Below, piece after piece: positions 12,086-26,751 of a DNA stretch of 64,000 nucleotides (within the stretch, counting starts at the first letter, position 1; every line of letters starts with the position of its first letter). Source of the DNA: Azolla caroliniana (Eukaryota > Plantae > Polypodiophyta); assembly GCA_043228905.1 (NCBI GenBank), contig JBHGNT010000020.1, forward strand, positions 310,001 through 374,000, given 5' to 3'. The translations under genes were made by a program, and so were the position numbers. The notes under the pieces are model-generated. The model was not told the DNA's origin. It saw only the letters and a program-made list of their open reading frames with translations, and ran no database searches.

Positions 12086-14560
12086 TCCCACAGAGAGTGT
12101 GGACAGGGAAGGATGTCTCCTACCACCACCTGAGGGTGTTCGGATGTTTGGGGTATATGCATGTACCGAAGGATCAGAGGACAAAGCTCGATAGTAAGTC
12201 GAAAGCATGCATATTCATGGGATACTCGGAAGATGAGTTGGGCTATAGGCTATGGGACCTAGTCGACAAGAAGGTAGTGAGAAGTCGGGACGAAGTATTT
12301 CTTGAAGATAAGACGATTGAAGACTAGAATCAACAGAAGTCAGATACGACTCCCTAGTCAACCCCGACTATCGTCGATCTAAGGTCAAGTGAACCGACAA
12401 CGTCGGCTGTTCAAAGACGGCCAGTCGGCACAGCCGAATCCGAGTCGGTTGACTCGGAGAGACCGACCGACTATGAGTCAGAGTCAGCAGAGCTTCTAAG
12501 GTCAATTGAAGAGTATGAGTTGGAGTCGTCCAACCTAGAGATGTCGATTGACATGTAGGAACTCGAGTGGAGAGAAGAGTTGGCAGAGACATCCGAAAGA
12601 GAGCCAACAATGAGTGGAAGGAGATACCCACTCAAAGAAAGGAAAGCACCGACAATATATGCCAATCAATACATCCTCTTGACTAATGAAGGTGAACTGG
12701 AGTGCTATGAAGAAGCGATTGCCAACAAGCACAGAGAGAAATGGTTGAGCATGATGCAAGATGAGATGGAATCCTTGCACGAGAATTACACCTACGACCT
12801 AGTAGAGCTGCCGAAAGGTAAGAGAGCACTCATGAATAAGTAGGTCTACAAGGTGAAGATTAGAGAAGCCAACAATGAGCCCAGGTACAAAGCCCGCATA
12901 GTGGTGAAGGGTTTTCAACAGAAAAAGGGCGTCGACTTTAACGAAATATTCGCACTAGTCGTGAAGGTGACATCCATTTGAACTGTTCTGAGTATAACGG
13001 TCAGTATGGACCTGGAGGTCGAACAGTTGGATGTCAAAACCGCATTCCTGCACGGGGAGCTAGAAGAAGAAATCTACATGCAGCAACCCGAAGGCTTTGA
13101 GGAGAAAGGGAAAGAGAACTTGGTGTATCAACTGAAGAAAAGTTTGTACGGTCTAAAACAAGCTCCACACCAATGGTACAAGAAGTTCGAGTCCTTCATG
13201 ATGGAACATTGGTTCCAGAAAACACAAGCCGATCATTGTGTGTTTGTCAAAAGGTACGAAGACGGAGACTTCTTGATTCTGTTGTTATATGTTGATGACA
13301 TGTTGATAGTCGGTCAAGACACAAGGAAGATCGGAAGCTTGAAGAAAGCTCTAGGAAGGTCGTTTGCCATGAAAGACCTTGGACCGGCTAAACATATCTT
13401 AGGAATGCACATAGTTCGAGACAGAACTCAAATGGTGTTATGGTTGTCACAACAAAAGTATGTGACGAAGATCCTAAAAAGGTTCAACATGTCGGACGCA
13501 AAGCCGGTCGTCTCGGTGTTGCCGACAAATTGCAGGTTGAATGCGAAGTAGTGCCCGAAAGGGGAGAAGGAGAAGGTCGAGATGAGGAAGGTACCATATG
13601 CCTTGGCCGTCGGCAGTCTAATGTATGTTATGGTCTGTACGAGACCAGACATAGCATTTGTTGTGGGAGTAGTAAGCCGATATATGAGTAATCCAGGAAG
13701 AGAACACTAGGCAACGGTGAAGTGGATACTCAAGTACTTAAAAGGCACCTCAAGGGTGTGCCTAGGGTATGGTGTCAGAAAACCTGTCTCAGAAGGTTTT
13801 ACCGACTCAGACATGTCGGGAGATGTAGACTCAAGACGATCCACGTCGGGGTACATGATGACCTATGGAGGGGGAGCAGTGTCGTGGCAATCACAACTGC
13901 AAAAGTCTGTAGCATTGTCGACTATAGAGGTAGAGTATATGGCAGCGATAGAGGCCGACAAAGAGCTGAACTGGATGAGAAAATTTTTCAACGAGCTAGG
14001 GATGAACTAGAGGGAGTTCTTGCTTCACTATGACAGCCAGAGTGCCATACATCTTGCCAAGAATGTTGCATATCACTCCTAGACCAAGCACATACAAAGA
14101 AGGTATCACTGGTTGCGGGAGAAAGTCGAAGAAGGAGAGTTTACACTTGTGAAGATCCACACGGATAACAATGGATCCGACATGCTCATGAAGAACCTAC
14201 CTATGGACAAACTTAGAGTCCGTCGATAGAATACAAAATTGACTAACTCCCTCCCACAAGAGTGAAGGGGGACTTTGTTGGGGATATGTCCCTCTAGTGG
14301 GAGGAATCGATTGTTCGGAAGTAGCTAACAGTTGAAGAGACGAAGGAATCCACTATTCGGAAATAACCGACAATCAAAGAGTCGACAATATAGAGTCGAA
14401 TATTTAAATAGCTTATTATTATTATTATAATAATAATAATAGTAATGATATGTAGTAGTGGCTACAATTGTAAATAGTCCACACAATGTATCAGTATATA
14501 TATACATCTAGGGCAAACATAGTAATGTGATGACAATAGAAGTGTGCGTAAGAGAGATGC

Positions 14561-14591
<31 letters not shown>

Positions 14592-14825
14592 GCTGTATGT
14601 GTAACAACAGACACCAAGAACCCTGTGTGGGTGATACACTCATAATCAGAGTGTTGTAATCTCTGCCTTGTACATCCACTGTATAGTGAAGTTTTTGCTC
14701 TCCCGTGGTTTTCTCCCATTTTTTAGGGTTTCCACGTAAATCTCTGTGTAATGTGTCGTCGTGTGCCTGTGTAGTGTATTTTCAGCATCGTTTGACCTTG
14801 CGGTTTTACAAATCAATTCTCAACA
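12086..14825 (+). mobile_element. 5'-truncated Copia retrotransposon (integrase end, RT, RNase H, PPT, 3' LTR 14276-14825), pseudogenised; same lineage as the 47399-52923 element
   Basis: WTGKDVSYHHLRVFGC; EQLDVKTAFLHG; LLLYVDDML; FTDSDMSGD; HSRTKHIQRRYH. PPT GTGAAGGGGGAC then TGTTG at 14276; end TCAACA at 14825. Confidence 0.9.
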
Positions 14826-17800
14826 AAGTGATCTTTCACTATCAGTGTAGGGTCTACAATAATAGTCACATTGCCTCTTGGCATTGTAAATCCGAATTTC
14901 AACAGAGCTTCTGCCCCAAAATCAATTTTTTCCCCAATTGCAATGACTGCCTTTTTTCCTTAATTCTTGTTAATGTTAATTAAGATTCTTATACGTTGCC
15001 AAAGTGGGTCAAACATTCGTCCTCATTGTTCAAGAGAATAGCTTTTACCCTTTGAGCTACATTTAGTTAAATCTTCAATTATAACCTTAATTAAACTATC
15101 GTAAACTTGAATTTCAACAATTTTCTCCCTCTACACACGTCATTTCATGACAGCGAAACCCCACATAGACCTTTGAGTAATGCAACCCCTGAGACTTGGA
15201 GTGTTGTAATGCCCAAAGACCCTTTGGACTTTGGGTATCGATAAGTAGTTCCCAACACCTTGTAAACATGAATGCCACTCAATCCACCAAACATTAGGTC
15301 TCTTGGGATTCATTGTTAGCGGTTTGACTCCCGTCATTCGTCAAATTTCATTTATTCATAACTTCTTCTTTAGGAACTTTGATTAACAATCTAAAATTTT
15401 GGTTGAGATCCATGTGGAATCATCTAGATGGTCACATAATGATCAATTGAATGTAAGGGTCTGAAAGTGATCTCCCACAAAATTAACATTATTTTGTGTG
15501 CAATCAATGTTTGATTATTGAATTTTCAGTCAAGGAATTCCATGGTGATCCTCATTCAATCACAAATCACATACTACACAATTACAAAAGTTTCTTATAA
15601 TACGTCAAAGTTAATTCGTAATGAATAATGCTCTTGACAAATATTTAAATTATTCCTGAAAACTTGATAGCAAGACCTTTGATGCCACACTTGTGTAACG
15701 AACTCAGGTCTCTATGAACATTACATGAAGTTGAAACACTCTACATTATGGTTGGTGGAAGGTCAAGAACACTAACATGAGATAGAAGAAGAATCTGTAG
15801 TGACTCCTACCATTACAAATCCATTGCAGAAGACAAAAGGAACTCATTAAAACAAAAGTGCAAAACATCCAAGAAACCACATAGGAAGACACTCTAATGC
15901 TTTCCATGGCACACCCCCAAGAATAAGAAGTACTCAATGTACATGAAGACATACTACCAAGTGATTAAATCCAATGTAAATGACAACAAAAGTAAATAAA
16001 AAAGAGACATGAATAGAGGCAAGTGATCTCTCAATTGATTATTAGATGAGGGATATCTCATCATGCTTTTGTTTTGGCAAACCCCTTAATAGAAGATGCT
16101 CTCATTGATGATGAATAAGTTCCATAGAGCCCAAAAACACAACCTTTACTCTCACAACTAGTAAGTTGTTAGTGGGTTTGGGAATATGTGTGGGTAAGTG
16201 GATAAAGAAGGAAGGGTTGGTAGAAGTGTTAGTGTCATCGTCATGTTGATTCAATGCACCCAAATAGACTCCTTCGAGCACGTGCGTTCAAATGAGTTGC
16301 ACAATGAATCTAGCTTGTGCACTCAAACAAGATAGATTCGTTTGAGTCTACATTCTCAAATGAGCTATGTGCTCTTTTGAGTTTGTGAGCTCGTTTGATT
16401 TTATGAGCATGCAAAATAGTTCAAGTTCATGAATTCCTTCCAATTCATGACCTTGTTTGAGGCTAGGCACCTGAACAAATCTTAGTATGAATGGTTATTT
16501 GTTCTTCGAATGGCTCGTGGAAAAATATTCTTATAATTTTATGTACGAATTTTGTTAATAAAATGAAATCATGGTTGACCTTGAGGACCAAGCAAGACAA
16601 CCTTTTCCAACAAATTATTCAACACACCATTGGGAGTTTCCCCTCGTGGTAGTACTAACAAATAAGAAAGATTAGGAAACTGTTGATTACTGGAATGTGG
16701 AGGAAGCCACTATCTATGATACAACATGGCATGATAATTCAAGCAAAGGTTAGAATGTTTAGCAAGAAAAGTGGCTTATAGTTTACAAGTGGATTCTTTA
16801 GATCCAACCAAATCATGGTCAGCATAGAGGACCAACATGAGACAATTGTTGCCAAAATATTTAGTATGTTTGCATATATAAATGCCCTTGGTAACAATTG
16901 GAGAACGTATTGAAGAGGGGCAAACCGTGTATTCATATCCAATCTTAGAAAGAGGGGTTGTATACCAACAATTTATCCTCTAGTTCCACTTGAGGAAAGC
17001 ACATCAATTTGTTGCTAATGATATTTGAAAACAACCTCGAGTACAAATGGCTTCATCATCTTCTTTATCTCTTTGACTTGTGCCACATCATATTATTGGC
17101 TAGTTAGTTGAAGCTAACAATGAACAACTTACCAACCTCCTTCTTCACCCTTGTTGCATTCTTTGGATTTACACAATATCGATTGTGTTGAACTAGGACA
17201 ACATCTATCTTAAGTTTTAATTTATGTTGGTAGAATCAAGGATCTAATCCTTGCACGTCTCCATATGACCTTTAGAACACATGTTTAAGTTTCCTGCTGA
17301 GGATGAGGAGTTCTTATCATAATGGAAATTGTAGGACCTCAATTATTTCAACCCATCAGGATCCGCCTCCATACATAGGTTCATCTCCTCTCGCTCTATC
17401 TCCTACACCCAATTGAAAACCAACATCTCATAGTCTAGTTGAGCTCTATAAGAGTTTCAAGGTATATATCCTCCATTGGAACCACAAAGATCAACCAACT
17501 TATTTTTTGGCCTTAAAAGTGTCTTCGACCAAACACATGAACCCAAATCACATACAATCATTACACAATATTTCAAAATTTCTACTCTAGACCATCTTAC
17601 CTAGTGTAGGATCACTTCGGATTGCCCATTTGGTTTCTTAGCATCACTTGATCTATTTTGGGGTCCTCAAGATCTTTGAGCGGCTATTGGTCCTAGTCAC
17701 ATACACCATTACACGATCTTCTTGAGATTGATTTCCTTATTGTAGGATCAACTAGCATATCCCAACTTAGACTTGGGTTTCTAATTCCTTCAATGCAACA

Positions 17801-17940
17801 TGCATTGTGCAACTTATCTTGTAACATTGAGTGTCTTGGGGAAATTCCCAATGCTTATTACTATGCCAACCAATTAACACTTAAAACTTCACCTATTTAT
17901 TGAATCCTTTTATTATGATCCAACAAGATGTTTTTATACA

Positions 17941-18870
17941 ATACAATTGGAGTCGTAGTGTCCATATTGTGAGAATAAGAACAATAAATGAAGGTGGCAG
18001 AAAGAGTTTTCATGTGAAAATCTAAGGAAATAAGGTTTATGGGCCCTCACTTTCGATCAAATGTAATTTAAGTACACCCACTTTCTCATGAAAGGATGTT
18101 CTGTTTCAAAGAATAACTTTTTGTTTTATAAATGGTGTAAGAGAGATTTTATTTTTATTTTTATTTTTATGCGATGTAAACAACCAACAATATGTAAACT
18201 TTTTAAGGTCACATCTATTACATGAAGCTTTGACCCACAAAACTCAACTTCATTTGATTATTGCATTATTTTTTCTATATGATCACAATTTTAACCGAAT
18301 GTCCCAACGTGATAAACATAATACAATTGGAGTCGTAGTGTCCATATTGTGAGAATTAGAACAATAAATGAAGGTGGCATAAAGAGTTTTCATGTAAAAA
18401 TCTAAGGAAATAAGTTTTATGGACCCTCACTTTCGGTCAAATGTAATTTAAGTACACACCCACTTTCTCATGAAAGGATGTTCTGTTTCAAAGAATAACT
18501 TTTTGTTTTATAAATGGGCAAGAGAGATTTTATTTTTATTTTTATTTTTATGCGATGTAAACAACCAACAATATGTAAACTTTTTAAGGTCACATCTATT
18601 ACATGAAGCTTTGACTCACAAAACTCTACTTCATTTGATTATTACATTATTTTTCTATATGATCACAATTTTAATCGAATGTCCCAACGTGATAAACATA
18701 ATAAACATATCATATAACTATGTTTATTTTGGAAGACTTTGAATGATTTGGATTTTCTTTTCTATATGATCACAATTTTAATCGAATGTCCCAACGTGAT
18801 AAACATAATAAACATATCATATAACTATGTTTATTTTGGAAGACTTTGAATGGTTTGGATTTTCTTTTCT
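17941..18870. repeat. Near-identical 380-bp tandem duplication plus a nested ~110-bp duplication
   Basis: ATACAATTGGAGTCGTAGTGTCC starts at 17941 and 18321. TTCTATATGATCACAATTTTAATCG...GGATTTTCTTTT occurs twice at ~18651-18870. Confidence 0.9.
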
Positions 18871-21800
18871 TATGATTTATTGAATAAACATATTAAACTA
18901 TTCCAAATATGCAAGGTAAATGACACCTCTAACAAGGGAAGTGAAGTAAAATATAATGCCTTTATAACTTAATGGTATGTCAATGAAAGAATCTTGCTTG
19001 TAAGTTGTAACAAGATCCATGTTAAAACAATAAAGATATCCAAAGAAAGACTATAAATGAGCATTTGTGTACTTATTAGTTGACTCTTAACAAATCCTCG
19101 ATATTGACTTCAAAACAAACTTAATGATATCTATAACACACATTTTTGCACCAACAAATACTCAAAAGATAAACACGAATTAGATGACCTTGTGTGGATT
19201 ATATTATAGATTTCACAACTATGTACTCGAGAGTATGTTATTCATCCTTACACCCCCAATGGCTTAAATGACAAATGTAATTTAGATTTACAAATATGAC
19301 AAAATCATATACATTAAATGGGTTCAAGCTATGAGTCAAAGATGTATATGAGGATATATGTCAATGTATACTATTGAAAGTAGTAAGTTGCCCTCATACA
19401 CACGTAGGCGAATGGAGAAAAGCTAGAAATTGGATGATTGGAAGGAGATTAGTTGATATTCCTCCGTCCTAGTACATGTGTGATGTAGGATTGTAGTGCC
19501 AAGTAAATTTTGAAGGCTTTTTGTTTTGATGAATCTTGTAGAAGGTCATTGACATTATTTGTTATTTGTTTGTTATAGAAATAGCACAATCACGAGCAAC
19601 ATAAAGGATTAAACAAGCAAAATTTTGGGAGAGTCATCAAATTGGTGTGTCCAACAATAGAAATTTGTGTGGTAAACTTAAATGTAAATGCAAAGTAGCC
19701 ATGTTTCTAGTTAGCATGAAACATAATATTAAGTTGCCATGTGGACAAAACTTTGCAAACATCAACATGGTAAGTTAAATATAAAACTATTGTGTGACCA
19801 ACTTTTGTGAATGAATTTTAAGGTGTAAAGTGGCTGGACATTGCAATTTTTTGTGAAGTTGAGCATAAAGTCATTTAAGTCAAAAGCGAACCACATACAT
19901 GCATATTGCATGAACACTAATCTTTGTATGTTGAGCGAGGGAGATAAAGAGTGTGGCATGATGTTGAGAGACCATGCTCTTGGATATATTTGCAAAAACA
20001 CCTTAACACGAGTGAGATTAATCCTTCCACATGGCTTCTGTAAGTGCTCATGTAGCTTCCTTGTGTGCTCTTGCTGTGTGGATAAGCTTCTTACAACACC
20101 ATAGTAATGCAGAAATACGTATGTAATATTTTCTCTTCTCTTCTTGGTTATTTTTACTAAAAGTTGCTCCAAGATTGTATCTAAAGTAAAACATTATTGT
20201 TGACTCCTTTACAGCATGGAATTTGAACCAATAGTATGGCTAGCTCAAATATTCTCCATCTTATTGACACATATATTATGCACATTGAATCACAATAAAA
20301 TGAATAGTTTAGAACTGGCCCTTAAATAAACATGCACACATGTAAATAGTACTTGGTTTAGATTCAAAATTGATCTCATATAAGTATTTATTTTTCTTAG
20401 AAAGTCAAAGTAATATGGAAGCGAGAGAGAGAAGTGCAGTTCCATTATCCATATGTAGTTTTTTTGTGAGGTCTATTAATTTGGCCATTTGCACCCTGAC
20501 ATTATATCAATTGATGTTTTATGTATAACCAAAGTCTCCACTTACATTTCTAGGGTAGTAGATGAAACATGATCTTTGAGATTGAGAGTGTGTATCAGAG
20601 AGATGATGATATATTAACATCCTTAGAAGGCTTGTACAAGAGAGGGGTTATGATAAAAATTAGCTTCACACTAAAATAAAGTCAATAATGCATGATTTTT
20701 GTCCATTTGTTAAAATATGATCATGTTCTATTCATTTGTTGCCCCTTCACCGTCTTCATCTTTGATCTTTGATGTGCTCATAAGCTACAACTATAACAAA
20801 CTTTTCAAGGGCTTTCGCACATGCTAGTCTTCCATCATTGTTGAGCACATGTTTGTCATATGGTTCTAGTACAATTAGTGGGTTTTCCAGCCCCAAAGGT
20901 GGTGTTGTGTCTTCTCCATTTTTTCTAAACCTTGTGTCTAAGGTTTGATAATATGAGTTACTCTTGCATATTCCATTTCTACACTTTTTCCGGCTTTTTA
21001 ATAAGGTTAAAACCATGATAAAAAAAAGGATTTTGTTGTGATTATCTCACTTTTCTTAGTTGACAATATTTTTTTTAATGGAACTCCCATCTAGCATGGA
21101 TGTGAATTGCCATGACATTTATTTCAATGATGTTTGATTTATAACCTTAGTTGAACTCAAACATCACTACTCACACTTGAGTACCGTTTCTCACGTGTCA
21201 TTTTTAAAAGGGAGAAATACAAGCAATGTTTGATTATGTCAAGGTTGTTTAAGATATTCATATGTACACACTTATCCAAAAACCTCTAGCTAATGTGATG
21301 TCTAGAAACACGATTTTAGGATTCATCCATGTGCGACATTTCTCGTTATCACACAATCGTCCCTAGCTACTAGACAAGACTTGTAAAGCCTATTTTGGGA
21401 TTCATCCATTTGCGAAATCTCCCCTAATCATAGTGTCCTTGACTTCCCAGAAGAATTCAACTAGCCAACAACGCTCAACTTGTGTATTGGTCGTTAGATT
21501 TGGTTTATCCAAACATAAATAAATTGTCCCTGACTACACAATGATGGGAAGTCCATATGACTCCAAAATGGTCCTAGATACAAACATTAACAGACGGATA
21601 GGGATTTCATGTGACGTTCATCCCTTACAAGAAAAATGCACATTGGTTACATTTAGAAAATTCACAAGAGCCCGAAGAACCTATAGAGGCTATTGTAGCG
21701 AATACCCATAGTACTAGAATGTGCCGGGAAATGGATCAAAAGTATCGACAAGAATGCGTTTGGAGCTATGTTTGAGGATTTGTGTTTGAGTTCACGAAGA

Positions 21801-21879
21801 TTTTTTAGAAGAACACGAGCCCCGCAAATTGTCTAGAAACACCAGAATGTGCCGAATGGGCGAATTCGGGCGTGGAAGG

Positions 21880-22111
21880 TAGGAATCAGCAACGGTTTGG
21901 TTTTGGCTTAATCGGTTTGGCCTTGGTCCAAACCACATTGGTTAAACCTAAACCGGTTTGGGAGATTCCAAACTAAGCTGATTAAGCATTAACCGGCTTG
22001 GTAATTGCTTTGGCTTGAGCCATCCCAAACCGACTCAACCCGAACCACCAAGCCGTTTTAAAACGGTTTTACGGTTCGGTTTAGGCTTGAGCCGAGCCGT
22101 TGCTGATTCTT
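21880..22111. mobile_element. AACCG/CGGTT-rich MITE-like element
   Basis: Terminal inverted repeat GAATCAGCAACGG / CCGTTGCTGATTC with many AACCG motifs inside. No clean TSD. Confidence 0.65.
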
Positions 22112-23589
22112 AGCACTGGTAGGAGAAGATGATATATGTTATTATTGTGTCGCTTAAGAGAACAGAACAATTGATCGAAGAGGACCATTTTTGGAGGTTC
22201 TGAAAACCCTAGACCCATAAACCCTAATTAGAGCCTTTTTCTTCTATGTCTTCTTCTTCTTCTTCTCTAGAGTGGAACAAACAACAGCTCAGCATCCTCT
22301 CCAGAATTAGGGTTTAGTTAGGGTCTCCTCTCCCAAATGGCTGCTCTTCCACTCCAGTCTCTCCACATTTGTGCACTGGATCCCATCAAAGCTCAGGTAA
22401 TCTCCTTCGAGTTTTCTGCTTTTCTTAGATTCCTACTTTTTCGTTTTTCTTTTTTCTTGTTGGCTTCACAAAACGCGGGAGAAGAGACGTTGAAAACATA
22501 AAGAATATGGAAACCTTTAGTGGCGCGAATAAAGCTTCATCGATGAGATTAAGGTATGCAGTTATCGGACTGGAAATGTTCAACAAGGTAGCTATGTCTA
22601 ACTTGAAGATTTGGACGAACCTTTGTTAGGAAGCTTCAACTTATGATTATTCATCATAGAGATGAAATGGTGAAGTTCGGAAATGTATATATTGAATGAG
22701 ATGAATGGTGAAGCTATGGAAAAACAAATACACATATACGATGGGTGTAAACTTGGTAGATCAATACCATGAAGACTATGTATGTGGTTATGAAAAACTA
22801 TATATGTAGAATGCAGATACAAAATCGATTGATCATTACCCTGAACACTATGTGGCTTATGGAATATATACACATATGAATCAGGTTTCAAAGTCAGTGG
22901 ATAACTACCTTAAAGGTTATATGGTTGTGGGAAAATATCATTAGAATGATATGTAAAATCAATAGATTTACTTGGAATCTGATTATTAGTGCCATTATGA
23001 GCATCTATGATGAGTTTGAATGATTCTAAAAAATGTGTCAAGAGATTTGGATATATTGGCTTTGTAGTTCTTTCTGAAACGTTTGAAGAATTTCTAGTTA
23101 GGGCCACATATCTATAAAGTAGAAGGAAATCATTAGACACCCTTTACTTTCAGCCAGAAATCTCATTGGACATCAGGCAAGTACTCTTGATATGGACGGA
23201 ATTCGAATGATGTTTTGGCTATAAAACATGCCTTCATATGGCATAGAGATGTATAGCATACTGTATGCTTGATTGATTGATAGGTGTGTCTTGTAGGACT
23301 TATTTGAAGAGTTAGTGTTATGGTCAGAATGCAAAGAAGCGTTAAAATTCAAGAAAACTGTGGAAACGCCTTTAATTTTTCTTGAAATCTGTTTGATATT
23401 GGTGGATCAGTGTAAGCGCTAGAGAGAGCAATGTAACTTAGAAGAGATGCAGATAAAGAACTGCAAATTCAAGGCGTTATTGAGAAATATCATTAGTGTC
23501 CAAAGAGTCTGTGTGAGTTGGAAATTCATAGTTAGATATGAACACTGGATTGTATGTAAGAATCATCCTAGTGGATCTATTGGAATAAT

Positions 23590-23860
23590 CAATTTTTTAT
23601 TCATGAATATGTGGTAATCTTTTTTGCCTGACCATGTGTGGTTTGGAAATATCAACATTTTATTTCATGACCATGTTGTGATTAGGAAGGATCATTGTTT
23701 TATTTCATGACCCTATGTGATATGGAAGGATCAATCTCGTATTCTTGAACATCTATGATGTGTGCGATGGAAGGATTAACTTTTTATTCATATGACTGTG
23801 TAAATCGTGTATTCATGACCATATGCAATAAGAAGGGTCAATCTTGTATTCTTGTGATTC
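23590..23860. repeat. Degenerate ~45-bp minisatellite upstream of the first confident GMC exon
   Basis: Recurrent TTTATT(T)CATGACCATGT...GGAAGGATCA units. Confidence 0.6.
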
Positions 23861-23901
23861 CAAATACTATCTTATTCATGGCCTCATGTGATTGATTGCA
23901 G

Positions 23902-26751
23902 CCCCATTTATTAGTTTTGCGAGGGATGCATCGGAGCAGACGCCACGTCAGAAGTTTGATTACATCATTGTGGGGGGTGGGACAGCAGGGTGTCCATTGG
24001 CTGCCACATTATCAAGCAAATACAGGGTCCTTCTCTTAGAAAGGGGAGGGGTACCATATGGCAACCCCAACATAACAAGGATAGAGAATTTTCAGCGAAC
24101 GCTGGCAGATGTCCGGCCAGACTCTCCATCCCAGAGGTTCATATCCACAGATGGGGTGATAAGTGCAAGGGCACGCGTGTTAGGTGGGAGCTCGTGTCTG
24201 AATGCTGGTTTCTTCTCGAGGGCAAGCCCTGAGTATGTAGCACATGTGGGTTGGAATGGAACGTTAGTAAATGAATCCTACCCTTGGGTGGAGTCAGTGG
24301 TGGCTTTCTTCCCAGAAATTGAGCTATTCCAAAGTGGTGTGAGGAATGGGCTCCTAGAGGTGGGTGTTTTGCCATATAATGGGCATACTTTTGACCATAT
24401 TCCAGGTACAAAGGTGGGTGGCTCTATCTTCGATCATCGTGGAAACCGACACACAGCCGCAGATCTCCTCCAGTATGCCAATCCTCGCAACCTCCACCTC
24501 CTTCTACATGCCAATGTCCGACGTATCCTCTTCCGCAAACCCAAAGGTAAATCTCATCAATTCCTAATGTATGTGTAATTTATCTAAGTTTCTCAAACAC
24601 TAATATCTGTATGGGATATGGCAAGCTTCTCAAGCTCTGATATACTTACAGTTTGTACACTGCTTCTCAAACACCAACTATGTATAATTTGTAGTACGCA
24701 CCCAAACTATAATGTATGTGTAGTTTATTGCAATCCCTTTGAACTCTGAATATATGTTCAGTTTACGGGAAACTTTTGAAGCCCTAATCTATGAATAATG
24801 TCGTTGCCGAATGTCATAAATCTATGTAACATTACCTATTTTTGTGATTTGTTTCTTGCAGCCAGCAGTTTGGGTCGTCCCTCAGCCTATGGTGTTGAAT
24901 ATGTAGATTCAACTGGTGTAGTCCATCAAGCCGTAATCAATGAGAAGAAGAAGGGAAGTGAGATCATTATATCTGCTGGAGCATTAGGATCTCCACAACT
25001 ATTGATGCTTAGTGGGATTGGACCAGCTGAGCATCTTCGTTCATTCAATATATCGGTGGTGGTAGATCTACCCGGAGTTGGCACTGGAATGGCGGATAAC
25101 CCCATGAATGCTGTCTTTGTGCCATCCCCGACGCCTGTTGAGACATCACTGATACAGGTTGTGGGAATCACACCCTTCGGGAGCTTCATTGAGGCATCAA
25201 GTGGATTCTTGAATATACCAGCATCCTCCATCGGCGCTTCGGCAAGCATGGGAATAATGTCACCGGAGATCGGCCAATTGGCCACTTACCCCCCGAAAGA
25301 GAGAACTGAGGAAGCTATGGCAAAAGCAATGGCCGATTTGGAGGCAGCATCAGCTGCTGCAGCTGCCACTGGTGCAGTCCTTGGAGGGGGATTCATCCTC
25401 GAGAAGGTCATTGGCCCTCTCTCTAATGGGGACCTTAGGCTCATGACTAATAATGTGAGCGATAACCCTTCAGTTACATTCAACTATTTTGCCGATCCTC
25501 TTGATCTTCAGAGATGCGTGGAGGGGATCCGGTTGATCGAACAAGTAATCAATTCTGACTCATTTGTCGATTTTAAGGTCCCCACATTGACATCAACGGA
25601 TCTACTCAATATCACTTCAAGCCTTCCTGTGAATTTGATCCCAAAGCATACCAATGACTCGAGCTCGGTGGAGCAATTTTGTAGGGACACAGTGACTACT
25701 ATCTGGCACTACCATGGGGGATGCCAAATTGGCCCTTGCATTGATCATTCCCACCATGTTCTTGGAGTTGATGCCCTTCGTGTCATTGATGGGTCCACGT
25801 GGAATAACTCCCCTGGCACCAACCCACAGGCAACTGTCATGATGCTTGGAAGGTAACTTGCTTGATAATTTTTCACCCTATTTATTTTCCGATCTATGGT
25901 TTCATTTTGAGTGATGCTATTTTTACACGAGTATTGGAGTGCCAAAGATTCATCCTGATGAGGATGTGTAGGCATGGACCATAAGGACAATATGTTGAAA
26001 TGTGATCTCATGGTGCTTGGGCCCAGTGAATTTAAGGTCGCATGTCGATGACATCCTCCTCACTGGCATGATGGGTATGGGTAGGTATCCTTGCTCCTGT
26101 AGGTGAGTATTAGGAAGTTGGATAGATCCTTTAGATAGATATCTATCTTGTATCTCATTGGTACCTATGCATCTCTCCCTACATACCATGCATAGATATG
26201 GGTATGTGTTGATTGCAGTGTAGTTTTAGGACTTGGCTCATATACTCTTACAGTCACGTGCCTACGACATCCTCTGGACATAGATTTGCCAACTTGTTTA
26301 CTCTTATGCACCTCCACTAATCAGTTACATCATACCATATCCGTATGGATCTGGATATGTAAAAAATTACTGCTAGTGGGGCAGATACTTGTGTGCGTCC
26401 CCATACAATTTGGCATGTCCTATGAGACATGGATCTGGATATTTCTTAGGCAGTTATTGACTCTTTGTTCATCCAATTAGAAGGCTATTTTTGAAAATCA
26501 ATCAAGGAGAACTGGGCTCATAGATCACATGTTTACAGCCTCTGGGTTCATGAATCTGAAGGTCTTGTGCCTCTTACACTTCACATACTCGTGTAGCCTG
26601 ACACAATTTGGCATGGCATCAATACATAGATGTTATTTTTAAGGTTGGTGTTTAACAACAATTTATTTTAATAAAAAACATTCATAACAAAATGTTTTCT
26701 TGGCTTTAATCAAGGTACATGGGCGTCCAAATAATTAGAGAACGAGAATAA
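23902..26751 (+). CDS. HTH: HOTHEAD-like GMC (glucose-methanol-choline) oxidoreductase; exons 23902-24546, 24862-25852, 26715-26751; 5' exon(s) unresolved (candidate ATG 22337 with GT donor at 22397)
   Basis: FDYIIVGGGTAGCPLAATLS (FAD-binding GxGxxG), ARVLGGSSCLNAGF, SAGALGSPQLLMLSGIGP, TIWHYHGGC, PGTNPQATVMMLGR|YMG. GT-AG introns are phase-compatible. The symbol denotes the family, not proven orthology. Confidence 0.9.

Noticed and set aside
15100-21800. Possible very old Gypsy and hAT-like remnants in the AT-rich intergenic block
   Set aside because: Only scattered, short motif-like fragments (e.g. near 16630-16700 and 19760-21010). Boundaries and identity cannot be supported without a profile search.
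22246-22396. Definitive first exon of the GMC gene
   Set aside because: The ATG at 22337 gives a phase-0 donor while the 23902 acceptor needs phase 1, and the ATG at 22246 hits a stop. The 5' structure is left unresolved.
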